From NCBI GenBank assembly GCA_015233335.1, contig JADFXX010000008.1:11798-75797 (forward strand): a DNA stretch of 64,000 nt, written 5' to 3'. Positions 17,065-26,568 of the stretch are shown piece after piece (the first letter of the stretch is position 1; the number at the start of each line of letters is the position of its first letter). The notes below the pieces were generated by a model, which was not told the origin of the DNA, did no database searches, and was given only the letters and a program-made list of their open reading frames with translations. The position numbers were made by a program, and so were the translations under genes. This DNA comes from Candidatus Omnitrophota bacterium (GTDB taxonomy: Bacteria; Omnitrophota; Gorgyraeia; Zapsychrales; Fredricksoniimonadaceae).

Positions 17065-20000
17065 ACCAATATTATTTAGATAATACCGGGGCATTTGTCA
17101 TTGAAGATTATCAGCATGCAAAACTATTCGCTGATTTCTTTCCCGGGGTTGCCGGTTTATACGGCATCCCGACATGGGCGTTTTATGTCAACCGCGGTCA
17201 GGCGGTCGGCTCATTCGGCATTGAATCCAAAGATAAGGCCATTTTAGAATTTCAACCGGCCAATAAGGCGTATCGTTTGACGTCCATACAGGGTTTTAGG
17301 ACCTTTTTAAAGATCAATGACGGCACCAAACAGAAATTTTATGAACCTTTCAGCAACAGCGTCTTGAGTCCGTTCAAGGTCCGTCAACGCATGCTGATAA
17401 CCAGCCATGATCTGACCATTGAAGAGATCAATACGACGCTGGGGCTTAAGGTTGTGATCAATTATTTTACCATGCCCGAAGAACCTTTTGCCGCGCTGGT
17501 GCGCCGGGTCAGCATTGAAAATACGGGCCGAAAGAAATTAGATATTCAATGTGTGGATGGTTTGCCGGCCATTAACCCTTATGGATTAAAAGACTGGCTG
17601 GGAAAACATTTGGGCCGAACCGTTGAGGCTTGGGTGGCTGTACGTAATATTCAAAACAAAGCTCCCTATTACCAATTTAAAGTTGAAGTGGCGGACACTC
17701 CTCAGGTGACCCCGATTTGTGAGGGGAATTTTTATTTTGCTTTTGACTCTGATTCACGCTCTTTATTGGACATGATTGTTGAGGCATCCTGTGTCTTTGG
17801 GTATGCCAGTGATTTCTCGGCCCCTGAGAATTTTTTGCGGGAAAAAGATTTTTCTCTGCCGAAACATCAGGAAACCACCAATCGCACACCGTCAGCGATG
17901 AGTTTTTCCAGATTTGTCCTCTGTGGCCAGAAGAAGCACGATATAACGGCTATCGCTGGCTTTGCTCATGATTTGGCGGAGTTAAAGAAGGTGGTCGTCA
18001 AATCCAAGAATAAAAGCTATATTGAGGACAAGGCCCGGCGTAACCGTCAGATCATCGATGAGATCAAGGGTTATTGTTCGACCCATAGCTCTTCTAATGA
18101 ATTTGACCAGTATTGCGGACAGAACTTTTTAGATAATATCCTCCGTGGCGGCCTGCCGATATCACTGCAAACGGCGGAAGGGCCGGTATCATTTAATGTG
18201 TATAGCCGCAAACATGGGGACCTGGAGCGTGATTACAACTTTTTCATGCTGGCAGCGACCTATCTTTCCCAAGGAAACGGTAATTACCGCGATGTTAACC
18301 AAAATCGCCGCAATGATATCTGGTTTAATCCCGATGTCAAGGACAGCAGTTTGGTCAATTTTTTAAATTTAATTCAGGCGGACGGGTATAACCCTTTGGT
18401 TGTTAAGGGGGCCATCTTTGTTGTTAAAGATGATGCGGCGATTGAAGAGATATGTCATGAATTTGATGTGCTTGAAGATGCGGATAAGCTAAAAGAAACT
18501 CTTAAAAAAGGCTATATGCCCGGTGAACTGTTAAAATTTGTCACACGTGAAATTGCCATTAAGGGCAAGCCTGATGATTTTTTAACAAAGGTCTTAGGGG
18601 TATCGGCCAAGCATGAATCCGCTGATCCGGGAGAAGGTTTTTGGAGCGATCATTGGACGTATAACCTGGATTTGATCGAAAGTTATCTGGGGCTTTATCC
18701 GGAAAAACTCAAAGAACTTGTTTTGGAAAAAAGGATTTTTAATTTCTTCTTGAATGATTTTTATGTGCTTCCCAGAGAAGCGCGTTTAGTTTTGACTCCG
18801 GCCGGGGTCAGGCAATACCATTCGCTCTCAGAGCATGATAAAGAGGTCAAGGCCAAGGCCAAAGGCTATAAATTACGCGGGGATGACGGACAGGGGGAGG
18901 TTTATACGACGAGTTTGTTGGTCAAATTGATCTGTATATTGGCCAATAAAGCGGCAAGCCTTGATCCCAGCGGCATCGGGATCGAAATGGAAGCGAACAA
19001 GCCTAACTGGTATGACGCGCTTAATGGCCTGCCGGGTCTTTTAGGCTCTTCGATCTCAGAGACTTTTGAAGTCAAACGTCTTGCTGTTTTTGTTAAAAAG
19101 TCCCTTGAGCAGTTAAGACTGGATGATCATGTCACAGTTTTGGTTTTTGAAGAATTAGTAGATTTTATTCAGGCTTTGACACATGTATTATCTTCAGAAA
19201 GCGAACCATTAAAATATTGGCAGAAATCCAATGATCTTAAAGAGCACTACCGTCATGCCGTCCGTTATGGCATCAGGGGACAGGAAAAATTCTTAACTAT
19301 TCCTGAAATTAAGAAATTTCTGGACGGTATTATCGAAAAATGTGATACAGGTATAACCCAAGCCCGCTACGATAACGGGCTTTTCGCGACCTATTTCTAC
19401 CATGAAGTGATTGAGTATGATCTTTTAGACCGTTCCCATCACGGCCATCATCATGTGAGGGCCAAAGCTTTTAAACGCCATGACCTGCCTTTGTTTCTGG
19501 AAGGCTTTGTCCATGCCCTTAGGACACAGACCAATTCTGAAAACGCTTCAATTCTTTATAAAGCGGTCAAATCCAGTCCTGTTTATGACCGTGCCCTTAA
19601 GATGTATAAGGTCAATACGGATTTATCCAAAGAGTCCGATGAGATCGGACGCACCCGTATTTTTCCCTCGGGGTGGCTTGAGAATGAGTCTGTCTGGCTT
19701 CATATGGAATACAAATATTTTTTAGAACTTTTGCGCCATGGATTGCCTAAGGAATTTTTCGCGGAAATCAAAGGCTCTTTGGTCCCATTTTTGGATCCGG
19801 CGATGTATGGGCGAAGTATTTTGCAGAACTCCTCATTCATTGCTTCCTCAGCCCACGAAGATAAGAATTTACATGGCCAAGGTTTTGTGGCCCGTCTTTC
19901 CGGAAGTACAGCGGAGTTCCTGCATATTTGGCTTATCATGAACATGGGGGTACGTCCCTTTACTTTGGATGCACAAGGGCGTTTGACCCTAAGCTTCAAT

Positions 20001-20273
20001 CCTTTATTGCCGTCATGGTTATTTACCACAAAGGCACAAGAAGGGTATCCTGCCCATACTTATGCGTTTAAACTGTTCGCTAAAATACTGGTTGTTTATC
20101 ATAATCCCTTCTTAAAGGACACATTTGGCTCAAAAGCTGCCCGGGCCCAAAAGACCGTATTGACCTATCCGGGCCGCAAGAGTGTTGAAGTAAGCGGTGG
20201 TGTTTTGGAAGAGGCAAGCGCGCTTGATGTGCGTGAAGGCAAGGTAGATCGTATCGATGTTTATTTTTCATGA
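17061..20273 (+). CDS. Large (1070 aa) conserved protein, possibly (alpha/alpha)6-barrel glycoside hydrolase/phosphorylase-like; function unresolved
   Basis: Long uninterrupted ORF that overlaps its neighbours by 4 nt. [15 protein letters not shown] resembles the RDxNQD catalytic-region motif of GH94/GH65 phosphorylases. No signal peptide. Confidence 0.6.
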   Translation: MNQYYLDNTGAFVIEDYQHAKLFADFFPGVAGLYGIPTWAFYVNRGQAVGSFGIESKDKAILEFQPANKAYRLTSIQGFRTFLKINDGTKQKFYEPFSNSVLSPFKVRQRMLITSHDLTIEEINTTLGLKVVINYFTMPEEPFAALVRRVSIENTGRKKLDIQCVDGLPAINPYGLKDWLGKHLGRTVEAWVAVRNIQNKAPYYQFKVEVADTPQVTPICEGNFYFAFDSDSRSLLDMIVEASCVFGYASDFSAPENFLREKDFSLPKHQETTNRTPSAMSFSRFVLCGQKKHDITAIAGFAHDLAELKKVVVKSKNKSYIEDKARRNRQIIDEIKGYCSTHSSSNEFDQYCGQNFLDNILRGGLPISLQTAEGPVSFNVYSRKHGDLERDYNFFMLAATYLSQGNGNYRDVNQNRRNDIWFNPDVKDSSLVNFLNLIQADGYNPLVVKGAIFVVKDDAAIEEICHEFDVLEDADKLKETLKKGYMPGELLKFVTREIAIKGKPDDFLTKVLGVSAKHESADPGEGFWSDHWTYNLDLIESYLGLYPEKLKELVLEKRIFNFFLNDFYVLPREARLVLTPAGVRQYHSLSEHDKEVKAKAKGYKLRGDDGQGEVYTTSLLVKLICILANKAASLDPSGIGIEMEANKPNWYDALNGLPGLLGSSISETFEVKRLAVFVKKSLEQLRLDDHVTVLVFEELVDFIQALTHVLSSESEPLKYWQKSNDLKEHYRHAVRYGIRGQEKFLTIPEIKKFLDGIIEKCDTGITQARYDNGLFATYFYHEVIEYDLLDRSHHGHHHVRAKAFKRHDLPLFLEGFVHALRTQTNSENASILYKAVKSSPVYDRALKMYKVNTDLSKESDEIGRTRIFPSGWLENESVWLHMEYKYFLELLRHGLPKEFFAEIKGSLVPFLDPAMYGRSILQNSSFIASSAHEDKNLHGQGFVARLSGSTAEFLHIWLIMNMGVRPFTLDAQGRLTLSFNPLLPSWLFTTKAQEGYPAHTYAFKLFAKILVVYHNPFLKDTFGSKAARAQKTVLTYPGRKSVEVSGGVLEEASALDVREGKVDRIDVYFS

Positions 20274-20803
20274 AAGGATCTAATATGAATAAACCTTTGG
20301 TCGGTATTATTATGGGTAGCCAGTCAGATTTAAAGCTTATGAATGATGCCGCACAAACACTGGAGGAATTTGGCATTGCCTATGAGGTAACGATCATTTC
20401 CGCGCATCGCGCTCCTAAGCTTACCTTTAATTATGCCTCAAAGGCAGCTTCGCGCGGTTTAAAGGTTATTATTGCCGCGGCCGGAGGGGCCGCCCATCTG
20501 CCGGGTGTTATAGCTGCTGTGACGACCCTTCCTGTCATCGGAGTACCGGTCAAATCATCTAATTCGATTGAAGGGCTTGATTCATTGTTGTCTATTGTAC
20601 AGATGCCCGAAGGTGTGCCGGTTGCGACAGTGGCAGTCAATGGCGCAAGGAATGCCGCTATTTTGGCGGCGCAGATCATTTCGACTTTCGATCGAAGTGT
20701 CGCTGTTAAAATTAAAACTCATAAGGACCGTTTAAAGAAAAAAGTCCAAGTCACAGCCCGGAAAATAGCCCGTCACGGCCATCGTTCCCTGCTTGGTTTA
20801 TAA
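20270..20803 (+). CDS. purE: N5-carboxyaminoimidazole ribonucleotide mutase
   Basis: [11 protein letters not shown]...AHRAPK...[15 protein letters not shown]. The alternative ATG at 20285 is also possible. Confidence 0.92.
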   Translation: MKGSNMNKPLVGIIMGSQSDLKLMNDAAQTLEEFGIAYEVTIISAHRAPKLTFNYASKAASRGLKVIIAAAGGAAHLPGVIAAVTTLPVIGVPVKSSNSIEGLDSLLSIVQMPEGVPVATVAVNGARNAAILAAQIISTFDRSVAVKIKTHKDRLKKKVQVTARKIARHGHRSLLGL

Positions 20804-20912
20804 AGGCCCTTTTAATTAAAACCCTCTTGCATTCCTTTTTCATTTTTTTATAATATATTTTACTTCGTTTTTCTCTATTCATTTGTTAACTAATTCTTAA
20901 AGGAGGTTCTTG

Positions 20913-21908
20913 ATGACAACCACCGGAGTCAGTGTCATTAATGATAAGGTTAAGAGGGAATCTGGTGTGATCGATGCGATCCGTTTTGAGACCTCTAAAG
21001 TTGTTGTTGGCCAGAACGTTTTGATCGACCGCCTGCTGATCGGCATATTGGCCAACGGTCATGTTTTGGTGGAGGGGGTTCCGGGGCTGGCCAAAACAAC
21101 CGCGGTCAAGACCTTGGCCCAGACGATACAGGCCAAGTTCCAGCGTCTGCAATTTACTCCTGATATGCTTCCGGCAGATCTTACCGGTACTCTCATTTAT
21201 GATCAGCGCACAGGAAGTTTTAATGTCAAAAAAGGTCCCTTATTCGCTAATATTATCCTGGCGGATGAGATCAACCGTGCGCCTGCCAAGGTGCAAAGCG
21301 CGCTTCTTGAGGCCATGCAGGAGCGGCAGGTGACGATCGGTGAAAATACTTTAAAATTGGATGATCCGTTTCTGGTACTGGCGACCCAAAACCCAATCGA
21401 GCAAGAGGGGACTTATCCTTTACCTGAAGCGCAGGTGGACCGTTTTATGCTTAAGGTCAAGATCACCTATCCTTCCAAAGACGAAGAGTTAAAGATCCTT
21501 AAGCGCATGGCCACGACGCGCCAGTCGATTCAGGTGCAGGCTGTCGCAACACCGGCGGATATTATCCGCCTGCGTTCGGTGGTAGATGAAATTTATATGG
21601 ATGAAAAGATCGAAGATTATATCGTTGGGATCGTTGAGGCGACGCGTGACCCCCATCGTTATAAACTAAGCGACCTTAAAGGATTAATTTTGTATGGGGC
21701 AAGTCCCCGGGCCACGATTAATCTGGCCTTGGCCGCCCGCGCGCATGCTTTTATTCAAGGCCGCGGATTCGTGACCCCGCAGGACGTCAAGAGTATCGGA
21801 ATGGATGTCCTGCGTCATCGCGTCATTCCAAGCTATGAAGCCGAGGCCGAAGGAAAAACCTCGGAAGACTTAGTTAAGCGTATTCTAGACGAAGTCGAAG
21901 TGCCGTAA
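20913..21908 (+). CDS. MoxR-family AAA+ ATPase
   Basis: Walker A GVPGLAKT, ADEINRAPAKVQSALLEAMQE. AAAGGAGG ribosome-binding site 7 nt upstream. The table ORF starts one TTG codon earlier. Confidence 0.92.
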   Translation: MTTTGVSVINDKVKRESGVIDAIRFETSKVVVGQNVLIDRLLIGILANGHVLVEGVPGLAKTTAVKTLAQTIQAKFQRLQFTPDMLPADLTGTLIYDQRTGSFNVKKGPLFANIILADEINRAPAKVQSALLEAMQERQVTIGENTLKLDDPFLVLATQNPIEQEGTYPLPEAQVDRFMLKVKITYPSKDEELKILKRMATTRQSIQVQAVATPADIIRLRSVVDEIYMDEKIEDYIVGIVEATRDPHRYKLSDLKGLILYGASPRATINLALAARAHAFIQGRGFVTPQDVKSIGMDVLRHRVIPSYEAEAEGKTSEDLVKRILDEVEVP

Positions 21909-21909
21909 A

Positions 21910-22806
21910 ATGATACCAAAAGACATTCTTGAAAAAATCCTTCGTATTGATATTACGACCAACCGTCTGGTGACGGATGTGTTTGCCGGGGCGTATCACA
22001 GTGTTTTTAAGGGGCGGGGGATGGAGTTTGATGAGGTGCGCGAGTACCAGCCCGGTGATGATATCCGCTCGATCGACTGGAATGTGACGGCCCGCACGGG
22101 TCAGGCCCATATCAAGAAATATGTGGAAGAGCGGGAATTGACCGTGATGATTTTGGTAGACGCATCGGCGTCGGTGCATTTTGCCTCAACCGGACAGATG
22201 AAGAATAAGCTGGCCGCAGAGATCGCCGCAGTGCTGGCTTTTGCCGCCATTCGCAATAATGATAAAGTCGGGCTTTTGATGTTCACGGATGGCCCGGAGC
22301 TTTTTATCCCCCCTAAAAAGGGAAAAAGTCATGTGCTTAGGGTCATTCGGGAGATTTTGTATTTTAAGCCAAAGGCCAAGGCCACCCATCTGCCCAAGGT
22401 GCTTGAATATCTCTTAAAAGTTCTTCGTCGAAGATCAACGGTTTTTGTCATTTCTGATTTTTTGGATCCCAATTCTGATTATTCAACAATGCGCAAAGCT
22501 TTGCGCATCGCCCATCAGCATCATGACCTGATCGCGGTGACCTTGACTGACCCCAGAGAAATGGACCTGCCGGATTGTTCATTAATAGAACTGACAGATG
22601 CGGAAACAGGCGCCAAAATGCTTGTCGATACGTCGTATGAACCGGTACGCCGCCAATATCATAACAAGGCCTTGGAGCAGATCAAGGCCCGCAGCCGTTT
22701 ATTTGATACGATCGGCATGGACCATATTGATATTTCAACCGATGTGCCTTATAAGAAAGCTTTAGTAAGTTTTTTTGCCCAAAGGCGACATCGCTTGGCA
22801 AGGTGA
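21910..22806 (+). CDS. DUF58 protein (MoxR-associated, vWA-like)
   Basis: EFDEVREYQPGDDIRSIDWNVTAR is the DUF58 signature. Confidence 0.88.
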   Translation: MIPKDILEKILRIDITTNRLVTDVFAGAYHSVFKGRGMEFDEVREYQPGDDIRSIDWNVTARTGQAHIKKYVEERELTVMILVDASASVHFASTGQMKNKLAAEIAAVLAFAAIRNNDKVGLLMFTDGPELFIPPKKGKSHVLRVIREILYFKPKAKATHLPKVLEYLLKVLRRRSTVFVISDFLDPNSDYSTMRKALRIAHQHHDLIAVTLTDPREMDLPDCSLIELTDAETGAKMLVDTSYEPVRRQYHNKALEQIKARSRLFDTIGMDHIDISTDVPYKKALVSFFAQRRHRLAR

Positions 22807-22815
22807 ATGTAAGGC

Positions 22816-22913
22816 ATCATTGCGAGACCTGTTGAATGTGTCATTGCGAGGAGCCGAAGGCGACGTGGCAATCTTTCTAAAAGATTGCTTCGCTTCGCTC
22901 GCAATGACACGAT
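22816..22913. repeat. Palindromic repeat family A copy (full hairpin)
   Basis: catcattgcgag..gtgtcattgcgaggagccgaaggcgacgtggcaatc...gattgcttcgcttcgctcgcaatgacacg is a long imperfect inverted repeat. Confidence 0.85.
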
Positions 22914-22942
22914 GATAAGTTTTGGATTAACATATAAAGTGG

Positions 22943-23482
22943 ATGAATATGAACGATATTAGAGATGTAAAACCTCCTCTTGACCTGCCTGACCTATGGT
23001 GGCTGTGGCTGTTGGCCTTGCTCATTGCGGCCGGAACCGGTATTTATTTCTTCCTTCGCCGTAAAAAATTGCCAAAGGCATCCCTCAAGCCGCAAGCTCC
23101 TGAATTATCAGCTTGGGAAAAAGCCTATAGTCAACTGGAAGCTTTGCGTCAAGACAACTTACTGGACCGCGGTCTTTTTAAAGAGTTTTTTACAAGGGTA
23201 GCGGATATTGCCCGTTATTATATGGAAAACCGGTTCAATATCCGTGCCCCGCATATGTCCAGCGAAGAGTTTTTGTTGTATCTGGGCAAGAGCGGCCATT
23301 TGAATGAAGATCAAAAGGCCTTATTGAAAGATTTTTTAAATTCCTGCGATATGGTTAAATTTGCCAAATACGCCCCGACCATTGCCGAGGCTTGGAAGAA
23401 TTTTGACTGCGCCCGGAAGCTAATCGACGAAACTAAACCTAACGCCGTCCAAGGAACAGAGAATGTTGATGCCCGAGTTTAA
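22943..23482 (+). CDS. DUF4381-like membrane protein (Bat operon)
   Basis: One TM helix (LWWLWLLALLIAAGTGIYFF) followed by a cytoplasmic domain, sitting before the vWA genes. Confidence 0.55.
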   Translation: MNMNDIRDVKPPLDLPDLWWLWLLALLIAAGTGIYFFLRRKKLPKASLKPQAPELSAWEKAYSQLEALRQDNLLDRGLFKEFFTRVADIARYYMENRFNIRAPHMSSEEFLLYLGKSGHLNEDQKALLKDFLNSCDMVKFAKYAPTIAEAWKNFDCARKLIDETKPNAVQGTENVDARV

Positions 23483-24467
23483 AACTCCGTTAGTTCTGCT
23501 GTTAATTCCTGTATTGCTGGCTATCGTGTATTTTGACCACAAACGAAGACAGAGCTCCTCGTTTCGATTTTCTTCGCTGTCTTTGATAGGCCAACTGGAA
23601 TCAACATGGCGCCTGCGTTGGAGCTTTGTACCGTTTCTCTTAAGGGTTTTGGTTTTAGTGTTATTATTAGTGGCATTAGCAGGCCCCCGAAAGCTTTTGG
23701 CAGTCTCTAAGTTAAATACCGAAGGCATTGATATAGTTCTCGCGCTGGATGTGTCCGGCAGCATGTCCGCTGAAGATTATGTGGTCAACGGACAGCGGAT
23801 CAGCCGGCTGGGTATTATTAAAAAAACAGTTGAGGATTTTATAGAGCAGCGCAAAACCGACCGTTTGGGATTGATCGTTTTTGGTTCACAGGCCTATACG
23901 GTGTGCCCTTTGACTCATGATCACGATTGGCTATTGGAAAATCTTCGTCAGGTGCGTTTGGGGGTCATTCAGGACAGTACCGCCATAGGCTCAGGGATCG
24001 CCACGTCATTGCTGCGATTGAAAAATAGCAAAGCTAAATCAAGGGTCATTGTTTTATTGACCGATGGGGTCAACAATTCCGGAAAGATCCTGCCGTTGGA
24101 TGCCGCTAAAATGGCCCAGGCTTTGGGGATCAAGATCTATACGATCGCTGCCGGCACCAAGGGCATCGTTCCGGTTCCGGTGACGGATGCTTTTGGCAAT
24201 CACTATTATGAGAACGCGCAGTTCGATCTGGATGAAGACAGCCTCAAGAAAATAGCGGATATGACCGGCGGTCAGTATTTTAGGGCGGCTGATACTGATT
24301 CGCTGCGTCAGATCTATCATCAGATCGATATGCTCGAAAAGACTAAGAGCGAGGAAAAAGGCTATAAGCTCTATGAGCCCACGTTCGGTTTTTTTGTGAT
24401 TGCGGCCCTGCTTTTATTGGCCTTGGAAATCATTTTAACCAATAGTTTGTTTTTGAAGATACCATGA
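23463..24467 (+). CDS. batA: vWA domain protein BatA-like
   Basis: N-terminal TM helices, then a vWA/MIDAS domain (DIVLALDVSGSM...LTDGVNN) and a C-terminal TM helix. Confidence 0.85.
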   Translation: MLMPEFKTPLVLLLIPVLLAIVYFDHKRRQSSSFRFSSLSLIGQLESTWRLRWSFVPFLLRVLVLVLLLVALAGPRKLLAVSKLNTEGIDIVLALDVSGSMSAEDYVVNGQRISRLGIIKKTVEDFIEQRKTDRLGLIVFGSQAYTVCPLTHDHDWLLENLRQVRLGVIQDSTAIGSGIATSLLRLKNSKAKSRVIVLLTDGVNNSGKILPLDAAKMAQALGIKIYTIAAGTKGIVPVPVTDAFGNHYYENAQFDLDEDSLKKIADMTGGQYFRAADTDSLRQIYHQIDMLEKTKSEEKGYKLYEPTFGFFVIAALLLLALEIILTNSLFLKIP

Positions 24468-25477
24468 ACTTTGCCAACCCCCAAGCTTGGGTATTATTGT
24501 GGCTATTGCCTTTGATCGCTCTAGCCCTGCATTTGTTTTATCAATACCGTCATCAGATGATGTCGCGTTTTATTCAAACTCATTTGCTTGATGAATTAGC
24601 TGAAGGTTTTAGTTTAAAGCGCTTACGACTCAAAGCCGTATTCCTGATGGCAGCTTTTGTATTGATGGTCGCGGCATTAAGCCGGCCCCAATGGGGATAT
24701 CATATGCGTGAAGTCAAACGTAATGGTTTAGATATTATGATAACGGTCGATGTGTCTAAAAGCATGCTGACACAGGATGTTAAGCCGTCCCGGCTTGAGA
24801 GAACCAAGCTTGCTGTCAAGGACTTGATCATGAAATTGGATGGTTCGGACCATATAGGTTTGATCGCTTTTGCGGGTGACGCGATGGTGATGTGTCCTTT
24901 AACGTATGATTATAACGGTTTTTTATTAAGCCTTGATGACCTAAGCGTTGATTCTATTCCCCGTGCCGGCACAAATCTTTCTGGGGCCATTGATGAAAGT
25001 GTTAAGGCGTATGAAGGAAGGGTTGATTCTGATAAGGCGGTGATTTTAGTGACAGATGGAGAAGAAGAAGAGGGCAATGCCTTGAATGCCGCCCGCAAGG
25101 CCCATGACAAGGGTGTGCGCATATATACAGTGGGGGTCGGCACGCAGGAAGGGGATTTGATCCAGGTGACCAATGCTGACGGACAGACAGAATTCCTCAA
25201 AGATTCTGACGGCAATGTGGTCAAGTCCCATTTAAATGAAAATTTATTACAGCAGATCGCCTATATCACAGGTGGTGCGTATGTCCGAAGTGCGGGGGCA
25301 GAATTTGGGCTGGATTATTTATATGAACGCCAATTATCAAAACTAAAGAAGCACGATATGCAGGAAAAAATGGCCAAGCTTTATGATGAGCGTTTTCAGT
25401 GGCCTTTAACTTTGGCATTTGTATTTTTATTAGCAGAAACTTTGATTTCAACTAGGAGAAGAAATGTCTTGCGGTAA
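24464..25477 (+). CDS. batB: vWA domain protein BatB-like
   Basis: TM helices, then a vWA domain (DIMITVDVSKSM...LVTDGEEEEG) and a C-terminal TM helix. Confidence 0.85.
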   Translation: MNFANPQAWVLLWLLPLIALALHLFYQYRHQMMSRFIQTHLLDELAEGFSLKRLRLKAVFLMAAFVLMVAALSRPQWGYHMREVKRNGLDIMITVDVSKSMLTQDVKPSRLERTKLAVKDLIMKLDGSDHIGLIAFAGDAMVMCPLTYDYNGFLLSLDDLSVDSIPRAGTNLSGAIDESVKAYEGRVDSDKAVILVTDGEEEEGNALNAARKAHDKGVRIYTVGVGTQEGDLIQVTNADGQTEFLKDSDGNVVKSHLNENLLQQIAYITGGAYVRSAGAEFGLDYLYERQLSKLKKHDMQEKMAKLYDERFQWPLTLAFVFLLAETLISTRRRNVLR

Positions 25478-25624
25478 AAGGGAATGGAAGAATATAGTTT
25501 TTCACGGCCGGCGCATGACCCCCATCCCCACAAGCTCGGCGCTTCGGGGGTATAGTTATAAGCACCCCCTGTGCGCCTGTGGGGTAGCTGGCCTTAGAAA
25601 AACTATATTCTTCCATTCCCTTTT
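25476..25624. repeat. 28-bp perfect inverted repeat (AAAAGGGAATGGAAGAATATAGTTTTTC) flanking a 93-bp GC-rich structured insert; candidate MITE or structured RNA
   Basis: Arms 25476-25503 and 25597-25624 are exact reverse complements. The insert has internal stems CCCCACA/TGTGGGG and GGGGG...CCCCC. Confidence 0.7.
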
Positions 25625-25634
25625 AGCTACATTC

Positions 25635-26567
25635 ATGATGCTTCCTTTTTTGGCTTGGGCTTCAGTTGAAGGTGATGTCAACAAAGCCAATGATCTTTAC
25701 AAGCAAGGCAAGTTTGATGACTCTTTAAAATTTTATCAAGAGGCCCTGGACCATGATGCAAAGTCGCCTGTTATTCCGTATGATTTGGGCACGGCCTTAT
25801 ACAAAAAAGGTGACTATGTGAAAGCCCGTGAATATTTACAAAAAGCCGCAGATGATAAAAGCTTGAAAGTGAAAACTCAAGCGGAATATAATTTAGGTAA
25901 TGTTCTTTACAAAACAGGAATACAAAAAGAGAATACTAATGTAGATGAAGCGATTTCGAATTTAGAGGACGCTTTGGGGCATTATGGACAGGCTTTAGCG
26001 CAAGAGCCTCAAGATCAGGACGCTAAATCTAATGAAGATTTCGTTAAAAAAGAGATCGAGCGTTTAAAGAAGAAAAAGCAAGAACAGCAGAAACAGAACC
26101 AACAACAGCAAAAACAGAACAAACAACAGCAACAAGATCAAAAACAGCAACAGCAAGATCAGCAGAAGCAGCCCCAGCAAAAGCAAGATCAAAAGAACCA
26201 AGAGAAGGACCAACAAAAGCAAGACCAGAAGCAACAAGAGAAGGACCAGCAAAAACAAAACGATCAGCAGAACCAACAAAGCCAACAAGATCAACAGAAA
26301 CAACAAGATCAACAGAAACAACAAGATCAACAGAAACAACAAGATCAACAAAACCAACAAGATCAGCAAAAACAACAAGATCAGCAGAAGCAACAGGACC
26401 AGCAAAAACAGCAGGACCAGCAGAATCAGCAGGAGAGTCAAAAAGACCTTGATCGTAAAGAAGCCCAAGATCTTTTAAAAGAATACCAGGACAATGAAGA
26501 GCCTAAAAAGCTTTTAAATTTTGCGCCAAAAAAAATAGACGACCGCCCTGTGCTTAAGGATTGGTAA
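25635..26567 (+). CDS. batC: TPR protein with long Gln/Lys-rich low-complexity region (BatC-like)
   Basis: Signal-like N-terminus MMLPFLAWASVEG, TPR repeats (LYKQGKFDDSLKFYQEALDHD...), then about 115 aa of QQKQ/DQQKQ repeats. The table ORF begins at 25464 and reads through the inverted-repeat element. Confidence 0.6.
   Translation: MMLPFLAWASVEGDVNKANDLYKQGKFDDSLKFYQEALDHDAKSPVIPYDLGTALYKKGDYVKAREYLQKAADDKSLKVKTQAEYNLGNVLYKTGIQKENTNVDEAISNLEDALGHYGQALAQEPQDQDAKSNEDFVKKEIERLKKKKQEQQKQNQQQQKQNKQQQQDQKQQQQDQQKQPQQKQDQKNQEKDQQKQDQKQQEKDQQKQNDQQNQQSQQDQQKQQDQQKQQDQQKQQDQQNQQDQQKQQDQQKQQDQQKQQDQQNQQESQKDLDRKEAQDLLKEYQDNEEPKKLLNFAPKKIDDRPVLKDW
26080..26440 (+). repeat. Coding tandem repeat (18-bp CAACAAGATCAACAGAAA-like units) encoding the poly-Q/K tract
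   Basis: Many near-identical units (caacaagatcaacagaaa x3, caagatcagcagaagcaacag...). The antisense reading gives a spurious poly-Leu ORF (26064-26468). Confidence 0.75.
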
Positions 26568-26568
26568 T

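Noticed and set aside
26064-26468. 134-aa poly-Leu ORF on the minus strand
   Set aside because: It is the antisense reading of the CAG/CAA-rich coding tandem repeat of the BatC-like gene (poly-Q on the + strand). This is a low-complexity artefact.
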